From: Oscillospiraceae bacterium | Lineage (GTDB): Bacteria > Bacillota > Clostridia > Oscillospirales > Ruminococcaceae | Length of the DNA: 57,531 bases | Reading direction: 5' to 3' | Assembly (NCBI GenBank): GCA_036652515.1 | Contig: JAVVVT010000001.1 | Location: 1-57,531, forward strand | Part shown: positions 1 to 9,970 of the stretch, piece by piece | Numbering within the stretch: position 1 is the stretch's first letter | Layout of the letters: the number at the start of each line of letters is the position of its first letter | The notes under the pieces: generated by a model | The model's input: only the letters and a program-made list of their open reading frames with translations | What the model was told of the DNA's origin: nothing | The model's database searches: none | Program-made: the position numbers and the translations under genes

Positions 1-542
1 TGTCCGCCGCAGCGCTCACATACCCCATTGACCACCTCTTCGTTGGCAAGCACAACCTTGCACCCTGTGCACCAGTTGACGTTCATCTCTTTTTTGTATG
101 CCAAACCGTGTTTATAGAGCTGTAAAAATATCCACTGTGTCCATTTGTAATAGTCTTTATCAGTGGTGTTAATCTCTCTGTCCCAGTCAAAAGAAAGCCC
201 TAAAGACTTCATTTGACTTTTAAATTTTGCAATGTTATTCTTTGTGACAATCTCGGGGTGGATATGGTTTTTCATAGCAAAATTTTCTGTGGGCAAGCCG
301 AAAGCGTCCCAGCCCATAGTGTACATTACATTGTACCCGTCAAGCCTTTTTTGTCTTGAAATAATATCCATTGCGGTGTAAGAGCGAGGGTGCCCCACAT
401 GAAGTCCTGCCCCCGATGGGTAAGGAAACTCAATCAAGCCGTAAAATTTCGGCATTGAGTAATCTTCTTTGGTCTTAAAAGTTTTTTCCTCGTCCCATAT
501 TTTTTGCCACTTTGCCTCGGTGGATTTAAAATCGTATCTCAT
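1..542 (-). CDS. leuS: Leucyl-tRNA synthetase, N-terminal part (rest of gene lies beyond the left edge)
   Basis: Manual minus-strand translation from ATG at 540-542 gives [61 protein letters not shown]. This is a class I HIGH-type motif and a LeuS-like N-terminus. The frame stays open to position 1. Confidence 0.9.
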   Translation of the reverse strand, partial: MRYDFKSTEAKWQKIWDEEKTFKTKEDYSMPKFYGLIEFPYPSGAGLHVGHPRSYTAMDIISRQKRLDGYNVMYTMGWDAFGLPTENFAMKNHIHPEIVTKNNIAKFKSQMKSLGLSFDWDREINTTDKDYYKWTQWIFLQLYKHGLAYKKEMNVNWCTGCKVVLANEEVVNGVCERCGG

Positions 543-627
543 TTTCTTCTCCATTTATATAGATAATATTATCCTACATATTTAAAAGTATAGGGCTGTA
601 TATAACCCTTTCGGGTCAGATACCCGC

Positions 628-978
628 CTAAGATAAATCTACGGCTATTTCTTCGCCATCTGCCCACAGCTTGTCCAAACTGTAATAGCTCCGTGCCTCA
701 GGGTGGAAAACATGAACAATAACGGTGTCATAATCCATTAATATCCAGTTTTTGGACTCATATCCCTCTACTTTTGTGGGCTGAAGCTGATATAACTGCT
801 CAAGCTTGAAGTCCACCTCGTCTGCAAGCGCCTTAACCTGTGTGGTTGAAGTACCTGTTGCGATGACGATGTAGTCGGTCACCACTGTCAAATCTTGAAT
901 TTTTAAGACTTTCACGTCCTGTGCTTTTTTGTCGTCTAAAATTTTAGCAATAGCTATGGATAACTCTAAACCCTTCAT
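628..978 (-). CDS. rsfS: Ribosomal silencing factor RsfS (iojap family)
   Basis: 116-aa ORF. The DYIVIATGTSTTQVKALADEV and WILMDYDTVIVHVFH blocks are typical of RsfS. It sits in the conserved nadD-yqeK-rsfS neighbourhood. Confidence 0.9.
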   Translation of the reverse strand: MKGLELSIAIAKILDDKKAQDVKVLKIQDLTVVTDYIVIATGTSTTQVKALADEVDFKLEQLYQLQPTKVEGYESKNWILMDYDTVIVHVFHPEARSYYSLDKLWADGEEIAVDLS

Positions 979-1061
979 ATTTCCTCCTTGTGTTTTAATT
1001 TATGAAAAACCTTTTTGTGGCATAATCGCCCCAAAATAGGCAAATTCCCATTGTTGTTTTT

Positions 1062-1135
1062 GAAAATCTCGCCGATTTAATACCCTAAGAATTTTTCCCT
1101 GTGAAATTCTCTCCGATTTATCCCCTAAGGATTTT
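1062..1135. repeat. 41-bp tandem duplication containing the stop and last codons of the LCP gene
   Basis: GAAAATCTCGCCGATTTAATACCCTAAGAATTTTT (1062-1096) compared with GAAATTCTCTCCGATTTATCCCCTAAGGATTTT (1103-1135, which contains the TAG stop at 1125-1127). A possible third degenerate copy lies near 1020-1061. Confidence 0.8.
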
Positions 1136-2228
1136 CGGGGGACTTGTTCATTATATCTGCAATAGTCTGCACACTGCCGGAAACATATCCGTAGTCCTGT
1201 GCCACCTCCCAGTTAGGGCCTTCCATATGAAGCTCCTGCGCTGAAAGCGGTTTTTGATAGGGTCTGAAATGCTCGTTGAGCACATCAGCCCACTCTTTTT
1301 CCTCTGCCACAACTATCGCCACATTTTTGCCTGTGGCGGGATTTACCGAGAGGTATCCGTGGGTTGCCGGCTTTATAATACTCATATTTTCATAGGGGAC
1401 AGAAAACCCGAACTGCGCCAAAGAGGCAATCCTTGTCCAGTGCATATCGGTGGTGAGATACTGGGTGAAACGGTTCATAATTTTTATGAAATCGCTCACG
1501 TTCAAGGTCTCGGTAAAGTTTTTTATTATGGCGGCGTAGAAGTAGCTCTGCACCTCTAAACGCTGTAAATCTTGGTTTGGATAGTTTCTGTTTCTCACAA
1601 TCTGCTCGGCGGTCTTGCCGTCTACATAGCACCAGCCGGGGGTTCCGACTATCTGCTCCTCTTTGCCGGTGAGCTTGTCTTTAAGGATAATTGGGTAGGG
1701 CACATACATTTTCAGCCCGTTGTCAATCCCGTCCACCATAGCGATAAATGCCTCCATATCCAAAGTGACATAGTGGTCAACAGGCAGCCCTAACCGCTTG
1801 TTTATCAGCTTGATAGTGTTCATAATCTTGTCTTTTTCGTTGCCATTTTGATATGCGGCATTGATTTTATTGCCCCTCACATCGTCAATATAGGTGTCTC
1901 GAGGTATCTGAAAAGCCGAGACCTTCTTCGCTTTTACATCTAAGGTGACATACATAATCACGTCTGTCATCATCGCCGTGCGGTCTTCTTCCCAGTCTAA
2001 ACCGCAGACCAAAATATTCACCACATCGTCCTTTAATTCATCGGCGGTGCGTATGTCCTCAGGGATTTGCTCCCCCTTGTTATATCGGCTGCTTATAAAT
2101 TTATCCGCTGCCCAAGACAAACCCGCCACAGATAGGGCGATGATAATCACCGTGGCTAAAATCCTGTTAAATTTCTGTTGTTTTGTTAATTTTTTCTTCT
2201 TGATGACTTTTTTCTTTTGCTCACTCAT
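1125..2228 (-). CDS. LCP family protein (LytR/CpsA/Psr cell-envelope phosphotransferase)
   Basis: From ORF 1125-2303, with the start moved to ATG 2226-2228 (GGGAGA 9 nt upstream). Basic N-terminus plus one TM helix, then an LCP core (NILVCGLDWEEDRT, MTDVIMYVTLD, IPRDTYI). Confidence 0.85.
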   Translation of the reverse strand: MSEQKKKVIKKKKLTKQQKFNRILATVIIIALSVAGLSWAADKFISSRYNKGEQIPEDIRTADELKDDVVNILVCGLDWEEDRTAMMTDVIMYVTLDVKAKKVSAFQIPRDTYIDDVRGNKINAAYQNGNEKDKIMNTIKLINKRLGLPVDHYVTLDMEAFIAMVDGIDNGLKMYVPYPIILKDKLTGKEEQIVGTPGWCYVDGKTAEQIVRNRNYPNQDLQRLEVQSYFYAAIIKNFTETLNVSDFIKIMNRFTQYLTTDMHWTRIASLAQFGFSVPYENMSIIKPATHGYLSVNPATGKNVAIVVAEEKEWADVLNEHFRPYQKPLSAQELHMEGPNWEVAQDYGYVSGSVQTIADIMNKSPENP

Positions 2229-2247
2229 CTGATAATATCTCCCAATT

Positions 2248-3420
2248 TTATAAGCCCTCAAAATATTCAAGGGCATCAACGCTGTCCCTGTCCACCCTGC
2301 CACCCTTTGATGAAATCCAAGAAATCGAGGCTTTTAACGCCTCTTTCATTGCGAAATCAAGATTTTTAAAGGTACAGGACAACAGATAGTCTTTCTGGGC
2401 AAAATCCCGCTCTTCGCAGAGCATATCCGCCAAATAAATAACCTTTTCCATATCACACATACCCACACGGGCACAGGTGTGACTTCTGAGAGCCCACAGG
2501 GTTTCCCCATCGGTTATCCCAAGCTCTTTCATGGCGTAATCGGCGGCGGCAAATCCGTGAAGCAGTGGCAGAGGCTTTTCGGGTATTTTATTAATTATAT
2601 CACTTTGGTAGGCACGGTGCAACAAAATATCTTCATCTGCCTCTTTCATTATATCGTGGAGAAGCGCACAAAGCCTCGCCTTTTTTTCGCAAAGGGAGTA
2701 TCTGTGTGCCAATTCCACCGCCAATTTTTCCACATTGAAAGTGTGGCTTGCCCTTTTTTCTTTCAGCAAAAGTGGGACTAAAGCCCTTGCCGTGCCAATA
2801 TTTCTTTCGTAATAATCGGCAGAATAGATGTGATATTTTTGGATATACTGCCAAACTTCTGGGTTTAAAAACTCGCCAACATCACAATTTTTCCCAATCT
2901 CGCCCCTTAAAAAAGTGGAGGACACAGGGGTGATATGGGCTTTGACCTGACAGCATTTTCCCCCTTGAGATGTTAAAAATTCCACCCCAGCAGCCACCTG
3001 CTTTTCGTCCTTTAAATCCCTTGAAAAGATTAAAAGGTTTACATTTTTCAAAAGATACTGCCAGTTTTTCCATTTTGAAAAGAGGATTGCGCTGTCTGAA
3101 CCGATTAAAAAATATATATTCCCATCAGGGTATTTACTTTTTAAATAATCCACGGTGAGATAACTGTAACTTTTTTCTTTGCTCTCCCCCTCAAAATCGC
3201 TCACCTCAATCTTGTCGCTCAAGGGACAAAAGCTCAACTCCGCAAACTTTTTGCGAAGGGCAAAGGGCGCTTTACAGCTATTTTTATGCCCGGGAGTGCC
3301 GGTGGGCATCACAATGATTTTATCAAAATTTTTGTATTCCATAGCGGATTTTAAAATGTTTATATGACCGCAATGGACGGGGTCAAAAGCTCCGCCAAAA
3401 AGTAAAATGTCCATAAGCAC
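2248..3420 (-). CDS. nadD: Fusion protein: nicotinate-nucleotide adenylyltransferase (NadD) plus HD-domain YqeK-type phosphohydrolase
   Basis: One 390-aa frame. The N-terminus has FGGAFDPVHCGH (HxGH nucleotidyltransferase motif). The C-terminal half has HTFNVEKLAVELA and ALLHDIMKE (HD domain) as in YqeK. Confidence 0.85.
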   Translation of the reverse strand: MLMDILLFGGAFDPVHCGHINILKSAMEYKNFDKIIVMPTGTPGHKNSCKAPFALRKKFAELSFCPLSDKIEVSDFEGESKEKSYSYLTVDYLKSKYPDGNIYFLIGSDSAILFSKWKNWQYLLKNVNLLIFSRDLKDEKQVAAGVEFLTSQGGKCCQVKAHITPVSSTFLRGEIGKNCDVGEFLNPEVWQYIQKYHIYSADYYERNIGTARALVPLLLKEKRASHTFNVEKLAVELAHRYSLCEKKARLCALLHDIMKEADEDILLHRAYQSDIINKIPEKPLPLLHGFAAADYAMKELGITDGETLWALRSHTCARVGMCDMEKVIYLADMLCEERDFAQKDYLLSCTFKNLDFAMKEALKASISWISSKGGRVDRDSVDALEYFEGL

Positions 3421-3444
3421 CCCCGATTTTATCTGAAAAAAGAC

Positions 3445-3750
3445 CTAAATTGTGGTCAAATTTTTTAAATCAAACTTTGAATTTTTTTTCTTCTGCATAA
3501 AAAGCACAAATTTTGAACCGATGACCTGAACGCAATCACAGCCGATTTGCTCTGCAAAAAGCTCTGCGGTCTGCTTTGCCGAATATGGACAGGTATCTAA
3601 AATTCTGCATTTTACAATCTCACGAACCTCTAATGCGTCTTTAACCGCCCCGATGGACTCCTCGCCCACGCCCTGTTTACCCACCTGAAAAATTGTATCT
3701 ATGTGTTGCGCCTGTCCACGCAGGAACGCTCTCTGCTTTGATGTAAGCAT
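3445..3750 (-). CDS. yhbY: YhbY/CRM-domain RNA-binding protein
   Basis: KQRAFLRGQAQHIDTIFQVGKQGV motif. Start placed at ATG 3748-3750, preceded by AAGGAG. Confidence 0.85.
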   Translation of the reverse strand: MLTSKQRAFLRGQAQHIDTIFQVGKQGVGEESIGAVKDALEVREIVKCRILDTCPYSAKQTAELFAEQIGCDCVQVIGSKFVLFMQKKKNSKFDLKNLTTI

Positions 3751-3854
3751 ATTTTCTCCTTTTATTTTGAAAATAATGTTGTTTGGTAATATTACCATAA
3801 TATTTTGTATTTTTTATGTTATCAGCCTTATATTTGATATAAGCTTAAAAAGAC

Positions 3855-4463
3855 TTAAAACTTGAGCTTTTGCATCTCTTTTTCTAACTTCCTCATAGCT
3901 ATGCCACGGTGGCTGATTAAGTCTTTTTCGTCGGCTGGCATCTGTGCATAGCTTTTATCCCCCACCATAAAAATCGGGTCGTAGCCAAAACCGTCCTCCC
4001 CCTCACGCTCAAAGCCTATCCAGCCCTCACACTCCCCTCGGCAGACGATAAATCGGCTCTCTTGGTCGATATTTTCGTAGCTGGGGATATAAAGGCAGAC
4101 GCAGGAGACAAAACGTGCCGTCCGTTTTTCTTTTTCCACCCCTTTTAAGGCATTTAAAAGCTTGTCGATATTTTCATCGTCCGTGGGGTGGTTGCCCGCA
4201 TATCTTGCGGTGTAAATCCCCGGCTGTCCGTGGAGAAAATCCACCTCTAAGCCGGAGTCATCGCTTATGGTGGGAAGCTTGCACATTCTGGCGATAGTCC
4301 TTGCTTTTATGACGGCGTTCTCGGAAAAGCTGGTGCCGTCCTCCAAGATGTTTATGCTTATACCCAATTGGTCAAGGCTCTTGCCGCTGTGGCCTAAAGC
4401 GCCTAATATTCTCTGTATCTCTTTTAACTTTTTCGGATTGTTTGTGGCGAGTGCAAAAATCAT
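3855..4463 (-). CDS. rdgB: Non-canonical purine NTP pyrophosphatase (RdgB/HAM1 family)
   Basis: ATNNPKKLKEI, DDSGLEVDFLHGQPGIYTARYAG and FGYDPIF are Ham1 family signatures. Confidence 0.9.
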   Translation of the reverse strand: MIFALATNNPKKLKEIQRILGALGHSGKSLDQLGISINILEDGTSFSENAVIKARTIARMCKLPTISDDSGLEVDFLHGQPGIYTARYAGNHPTDDENIDKLLNALKGVEKEKRTARFVSCVCLYIPSYENIDQESRFIVCRGECEGWIGFEREGEDGFGYDPIFMVGDKSYAQMPADEKDLISHRGIAMRKLEKEMQKLKF

Positions 4464-5380
4464 ATATTCCCCTCATCTGTGTTCAGCAGAGCTTTGGCGA
4501 AAACCGCCCCGTCAAAGCTCATCAAATCGTCTATTCCCTCTCCCACGCCCACAAAGCGCACGGGGATACCCAGGTTTTTCTTTATAGAAATAACACTGCC
4601 GCCCTTGGCGGTGCCGTCTAATTTTGTCAGGATAATGCCCGTCGCCTGTGCCGCAGAGATAAACTCTTTTGCCTGGCTTATGGCGTTTTGCCCCGTGACC
4701 GCCTCCAAGACCAAAAGTGTCTCCACGCTTGCTTTTTCGCTGGCTTTGGTTATGGCACGCTTTATTTTTGAGAGCTCCGCCATAAGATTTTTCTTGTTGT
4801 GAAGTCTGCCTGCCGTGTCGCAAATCACTATGTCATATCCCTCATCTTCAGCTTTTTTCACTGCGTCAAAGGTAAGCGCCGAGGGGTCAGCCCCCTCCTG
4901 TGCCATCAAAATGTCCACATCAGCACGCAGTGCCCACTCGTTTAGCTGGCTTGCCGCCGCCGCACGGAAGGTATCTCCTGCCGCCAAAAGCACTTTTTTA
5001 CCCTGGGATTTATATATGTTTGCCAATTTGCCTATGGAGGTGGTCTTGCCCACCCCGTTCACCCCGATGACCAAAATCACCGCCGGCTTGCCAGACAGGT
5101 TCAGCTCTTCATCGGCGCACAGAAGCTCTTTTATTATCTCTTCAAGCAGAGCAACCGCCTCTTGTCCGCTCTTCACCTTTTGCCTTTTGACCCTCTGCTT
5201 CAGCTCACTGCACAGATATTCCCCCGTCTCATAGCCCACGTCCGCCAGAATAAGCCTATCCAAAAGGTCATCGTAGGTCTCCTCGGTTATGGGAGATGAG
5301 ATTATAGCCTTTGTTATGGAGTCGAAAATTCCCGATTTTGTTTTTTTGAGCCCAAAGCCCAATTTTTCAAATAAACCCAT
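4460..5380 (-). CDS. ftsY: Signal recognition particle receptor FtsY
   Basis: SRP-GTPase motifs GVNGVGKTTSIGKLA, DTAGRL and TKLDGTAKGG. Lies directly downstream of smc, as is typical in Firmicutes. Confidence 0.93.
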   Translation of the reverse strand: MGLFEKLGFGLKKTKSGIFDSITKAIISSPITEETYDDLLDRLILADVGYETGEYLCSELKQRVKRQKVKSGQEAVALLEEIIKELLCADEELNLSGKPAVILVIGVNGVGKTTSIGKLANIYKSQGKKVLLAAGDTFRAAAASQLNEWALRADVDILMAQEGADPSALTFDAVKKAEDEGYDIVICDTAGRLHNKKNLMAELSKIKRAITKASEKASVETLLVLEAVTGQNAISQAKEFISAAQATGIILTKLDGTAKGGSVISIKKNLGIPVRFVGVGEGIDDLMSFDGAVFAKALLNTDEGNI

Positions 5381-5389
5381 TTTTTCCTC

Positions 5390-8300
5390 CTAATTTATAA
5401 GTGATGCCGACAGATTTGAGGCATCTAATTTAAGCAATTTTGAGATGCCGTCCTCCTGCATGGTGACCCCGTACAGGACGTCCGCCGCCTCCATTGTGCC
5501 ACGTCGGTGGGTGATGACGATAAACTGGGTGTGCTGTGAAATTCTGTGGAGATAATTTGCGTACCTCACCACGTTCACATCGTCCAGCGCCGCCTCAATC
5601 TCGTCCAAAACGCAGAATGGCGAGGGATTGTGCTCCAAAATCGCAAAGTACAGCGCAATAGCCACCAAAGACTGCTCACCGCCTGAGAGCGCCATCAGGC
5701 TTTTTATCACCTTGCCCGGTGGGCTGACCACAATGTCTATGCCGCTGGAGAGCACGTCCTCTTGATTTGTGAGAACCAATTTTCCGCTGCCGCCGCCGAA
5801 CAATTCTCCGAAGATTGTGCCGAATTTATTGTTGATGATTTCAAAACTTTGGTTAAAGAGGGTTTTCATCTCCCCGTTCAAGGAGGTTATGAGCTTGGTG
5901 AGCTGATTTTTGCTCTGCTCCAAATCCGAGAGTTGACCTTTCAGGAAGGTGTATTTTTCAAACACCTCTTTGTACTCCTCAATCGCCCCTAAATTCACAT
6001 TTCCAAGGCGTTTTATGGCGCTCTTCACGGCGGATAAATCACGCTTCATCTGCCCCTCGTCCGCCACCTCAATGAGGAAAGGTCTCGCCGTCTGCACCGT
6101 CAGCTCGTACTCCTCCCAGAGCTTTGTGATGATTTCATCATAAGAGCTCTCCATGGCATCTATCCGCTCGCTGATTTGCGCTAACTTCCGTGAGAGTTCT
6201 TCCTTGTCCATAGACAGGCGTTTGTTGGAGGAATTTATCTGATTTCTCTCCCCCTCAATTTCCATTCTCAAGGCGATAAAGCCCTTATTTTCCTCTTCTT
6301 TTGCCCTTATCTCCTCTTTTGCAAGAGCTGTTTGGTCTAAAAGCAGAGCTATTTGCCCTTCTTTTTCAGCCGTGTCCGCCCTGGCAAAATCCATATCCGC
6401 CTGCATTTTATCACGGCGGAGCTGCTGGGACTGCCTTAATAAATCTATCTGAGAAAGTAGGCTCTTTTGGAGCTGAACACGCCCGTCCAAGCTCACCGCT
6501 TTCAGTTTAATTTCTTGCAGCTCCTTAGTTAAGCGGTTTTGCTCGCCCACAAAGTCATCGCCCTCCAGCCCCATACCGCTTAATTTTTCATCAAGGAGGG
6601 TGATTTTTTCTTCACAGGCAGTGATTTTGCCCGAGATTTCGCCCCTCTTTTCCTCTATGGATTTAAGCGCCGAGACGGCGTTTTCGGCTATTCCGCTCTG
6701 AATTGTATAGGCGGATTGATATTGTTTTAACAATTGCTCCTGCTTTGCCTTTTCCAGCTCCGCATTTATCCTGTCCTCATTTAATTGAGCTATCTCCGCC
6801 TGGCAACCGGCGATTTGGCTGTTGAGCAAATCCAGTGAATTTTGCACTTCTCCCTGAGATTTTTCTATCTCCGGCAGTTGATTTTTCAAATTTTGAAGCT
6901 GAATTTTCAGCTCCTCAATCTCGCCCTTACGGGTGAAAAGACCTGCGCTCTTGCTCACAGAGCCCCCTGTAAAAGAGCCCCCCGAGTTGATTTGTTGCCC
7001 GTCCAAGGTGACTATGCGGTATCTGTACCCCAAGCTTTTCGCCAAGGTGGAGGCGCTGTTTAAATCCTGTGAAATAATCGTCCTGCCAAGGAGGTTTGAG
7101 ATGATATTTTTATATCGTCCCTCACAGGTTATCACGCTGTCCGCCGTCTTGGCATCAGGTGGGAGTTTTTCGCTGAAATGAGAGGGTTTTATGGTGTCCA
7201 AAGGCAGAAATGTAGCACGTCCGCCCCTGTTGTTTTTCAAAAATTCAATGGCTCTTTTTGCACTGATTTCATTTTCTACCACCACATTTTGAAGTGCGTA
7301 GCCCAGGGCGATTTCCACGGCGGTCTCATAGCCTTTTTCCACTGAAATAAGCTGTGCCACGCTGCCTAAAATACCCCCTAAGGCACCGTTTTTCCCTTGG
7401 GTTAAAACCGCTTTGACGCTCTGGGCGAAACCGTCCATATTATTTTCAAGCTCGCTTAAAAGACGGATTTTTCCGCTTATTTCCGTCTGCTTTGCCCCGT
7501 TTGCACGCAGTGCCTCCGCCGCCTGTAAAAGGCGATTGTTCACTGCCCCCTGCTTCATTGCAAGCCCGTTTTTTATATTTTGGTGGGAGGTTATCTGCTC
7601 CTGTGCTCCGCTGATAAACTCCTCTAAATCCGCCACCTGTCCCTGCACCTGTGATGAATAACCGGCGGCTTTCTCCTTTTCTTCTAAGGCTTTTTCAAGG
7701 CTTTCATTGAGAGAAACTTCCTGTGTGAAGAGCCCATGGAGCTGGATTTTTTCGTCCTGCAAGTCCCTCTGGTTAGAATTTATTTCTCCTATAAGCCTGC
7801 CTTTTTCTCCGTCAGCCTGCCTTAGTTTTTCGGACAGCTCATCTATCTGCCCTTCAATTTTCTCTTGATTTTGTTTTTCTTCCTCAATTTGAGACAGGAG
7901 TAAAGACAGCTCCTGCTCTGCCGCCTGCCTTTGACCGCCCGAGGCATTGCTCTGCTCATCAAAATTTTCTATCTCAATTTGTAGGGCATTTATCTGCTGT
8001 GTGTTATAGGCTATCTGGCTTTCAAGCACGGCTTTTTGCGATGCCCTCTCGCTTATCTCCTGCTGGATATCCCGCATAAGCGCCACGTTCTCGTCATTTT
8101 TTGTCAGGAGGGCGTTTGCCTCAAGATAGCGTTTTTCTAAATATTCTTCGCTTTGGACAAGCTGTCTTTGGACGGCGTCATAATCCTCGGTGAGTATCTC
8201 CTTTTTTCTCTGCTGCTCCCCCATAAGCGCCTTTGAACGGTCAATCGTCCCCAGCCAAAGGGAGATTTCCATTCCCTTTTTTTCTTGAGAGAGGGCGATA

Positions 8301-8947
8301 AACTCCTTGGCTTTCTTGCTGTCTTTTTCTAAGGGCTCCACACGGCTCTCCAAGGTTATCAAAATATCAGACAGCCTTGTGATGTTGTCCTGCGCCCCGG
8401 AAAGGCTTTTTTCCGCCTCATTTTTTTTGTATCTGAACTTGGCAATCCCCGACGCCTCTTCAAAAATTTCACGTCTGCCCTCGGGTTTTGCGGTGACAAT
8501 CTCGCTGATTTTGCCCTGTCCCACGATTGAATAACCGTTTTTTCCAAGACCTGTGTCTAAAAACAGCTCGTAGATATCACGCAGCCTCACCCTTGCGCCG
8601 TTTATGTAGTATTCGCTGTCGCCGCCACGATAATACTTTCGGGTCACGGCGATTTCGTCCTTGTCCAAATCAAAGCTTCTCTCGGAGTTGTCCAAAATAA
8701 GGCTGACACTGGCAAAGCCCATAGGGCTTCTTTTTTGAGTGCCGCCGAAAATGATGTCCTCCATCTTGCCGCTGCCACGGAGCTGGCTGCTCCTAGTCTC
8801 GCCTAAAACCCAGCGTATTCCGTCGCTTATATTGCTTTTTCCGCTGCCGTTAGGGCCCACTACCGCACTCATTCCGGGCTCAAAAGCTATGCGTGTTTTC
8901 TCTGGGAAAGATTTAAAGCCGTGAAGCTCAATTGCTTTTAAATACAC
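5390..8947 (-). CDS. smc: Chromosome segregation protein SMC
   Basis: 1185 aa. Walker A GPNGSGKSN, long coiled-coil arms, a hinge, a C-terminal LSGGEQSL signature and Walker B CVLDEIEAALD. Confidence 0.95.
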   Translation of the reverse strand: MYLKAIELHGFKSFPEKTRIAFEPGMSAVVGPNGSGKSNISDGIRWVLGETRSSQLRGSGKMEDIIFGGTQKRSPMGFASVSLILDNSERSFDLDKDEIAVTRKYYRGGDSEYYINGARVRLRDIYELFLDTGLGKNGYSIVGQGKISEIVTAKPEGRREIFEEASGIAKFRYKKNEAEKSLSGAQDNITRLSDILITLESRVEPLEKDSKKAKEFIALSQEKKGMEISLWLGTIDRSKALMGEQQRKKEILTEDYDAVQRQLVQSEEYLEKRYLEANALLTKNDENVALMRDIQQEISERASQKAVLESQIAYNTQQINALQIEIENFDEQSNASGGQRQAAEQELSLLLSQIEEEKQNQEKIEGQIDELSEKLRQADGEKGRLIGEINSNQRDLQDEKIQLHGLFTQEVSLNESLEKALEEKEKAAGYSSQVQGQVADLEEFISGAQEQITSHQNIKNGLAMKQGAVNNRLLQAAEALRANGAKQTEISGKIRLLSELENNMDGFAQSVKAVLTQGKNGALGGILGSVAQLISVEKGYETAVEIALGYALQNVVVENEISAKRAIEFLKNNRGGRATFLPLDTIKPSHFSEKLPPDAKTADSVITCEGRYKNIISNLLGRTIISQDLNSASTLAKSLGYRYRIVTLDGQQINSGGSFTGGSVSKSAGLFTRKGEIEELKIQLQNLKNQLPEIEKSQGEVQNSLDLLNSQIAGCQAEIAQLNEDRINAELEKAKQEQLLKQYQSAYTIQSGIAENAVSALKSIEEKRGEISGKITACEEKITLLDEKLSGMGLEGDDFVGEQNRLTKELQEIKLKAVSLDGRVQLQKSLLSQIDLLRQSQQLRRDKMQADMDFARADTAEKEGQIALLLDQTALAKEEIRAKEEENKGFIALRMEIEGERNQINSSNKRLSMDKEELSRKLAQISERIDAMESSYDEIITKLWEEYELTVQTARPFLIEVADEGQMKRDLSAVKSAIKRLGNVNLGAIEEYKEVFEKYTFLKGQLSDLEQSKNQLTKLITSLNGEMKTLFNQSFEIINNKFGTIFGELFGGGSGKLVLTNQEDVLSSGIDIVVSPPGKVIKSLMALSGGEQSLVAIALYFAILEHNPSPFCVLDEIEAALDDVNVVRYANYLHRISQHTQFIVITHRRGTMEAADVLYGVTMQEDGISKLLKLDASNLSASLIN

Positions 8948-9960
8948 TGTTTATCCTCACTTAATATTTTATATTCACCACACAAAAGTGTGTTATCTGC
9001 CATAAATTTTACTTTGTAACCAAGTTTATCCAGCGCTTCCACGTTTGATTTTTTCTGCCCGATACTTTGGGACAAAAACCGTGTCCCCACCCCTATGGTG
9101 TAACTTCCCACAGGCTTTTTGGAAAGAATTTCCGTGAGTTTTTCAAGGCAGATACGGCTGTCTACAAGCTCTTTGAAAGCCGGGTGGTAAGGCCCTGCCA
9201 CCATTCCGTTTTCTAAGCTCACGTCGGCATGAAGCCCTAATTTTATAATTTTTATCCCCTCTTTGCGCAGCATCTCGGCGACCACTGCACAGATTTTAAC
9301 GCTCTCCTGCAAGGTGGGCGGAGTGTACAGCCCCTGTGAATAAAGCTGCTCCAAAAGGGTGTCTTTTAAAGTTATGGTGGGGTAAATCCTCACCGTGTCA
9401 GGGCGAATTTGGATAAACTTTTTTGCCGTATCAATGGCGTATGCCATATAATTTTTCTGCCCGTAAAGCCCCGTCATCATCTGCAAGCCCAGAGAAAATC
9501 CCTGTGCCTTAATGAGCTGTGAAGAGGTGAAAACCGACTGAACGCTGTGTCCACGAAGATTTAATTGCAGCACCTCATCTTGCATACTCTGCGCCCCTAG
9601 TTCAATACTGCTCACGCCGTATTCCTTTAAAATCCCTAAAATTTCCTCATCTATGGCATCTGGTCTTGTGGAAACTCGTATGCCAAAAGCCCTGCCACTT
9701 TGGACAAAAGGGTATGCCGCCTGCAAAAGAGACAGCATATATCCCCTGTCAATTGCGGTAAAACTGCCGCCGAAAAAGGCGATTTCATAGCTTTTGCCAG
9801 CCTCTTGGTCTCTTGGCAAAAACTCCTCGCACAAATCCGCCACCTCTTGTGATGTGGGGGGATTTTGGGTGCCGCTTATCTTTTTTTGGTCACAAAAACT
9901 GCACTGATTGGGACAGCCCTCGTGGGGGACAAATATTGATAAATTTTTATGCTTGTCCAT
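8938..9960 (-). CDS. Radical SAM protein (ELP3-like family, function unassigned)
   Basis: The N-terminal CPNQCSFC CxxxCxxC cluster motif lies 16 residues from the start. 340 aa. Located between rnc and smc. Confidence 0.8.
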   Translation of the reverse strand: MDKHKNLSIFVPHEGCPNQCSFCDQKKISGTQNPPTSQEVADLCEEFLPRDQEAGKSYEIAFFGGSFTAIDRGYMLSLLQAAYPFVQSGRAFGIRVSTRPDAIDEEILGILKEYGVSSIELGAQSMQDEVLQLNLRGHSVQSVFTSSQLIKAQGFSLGLQMMTGLYGQKNYMAYAIDTAKKFIQIRPDTVRIYPTITLKDTLLEQLYSQGLYTPPTLQESVKICAVVAEMLRKEGIKIIKLGLHADVSLENGMVAGPYHPAFKELVDSRICLEKLTEILSKKPVGSYTIGVGTRFLSQSIGQKKSNVEALDKLGYKVKFMADNTLLCGEYKILSEDKQCI

Positions 9961-9970
9961 CGCCGACTCC

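Noticed and set aside
5762-8924. Numerous 60-140-aa ORFs on the strand opposite smc (likewise inside ftsY, topA, plsX, ileS, addAB, aspS, yloV, the sufBD-like gene and others)
   Set aside because: These are shadow ORFs entirely nested in long, motif-supported genes. They have no independent coding signal or RBS.
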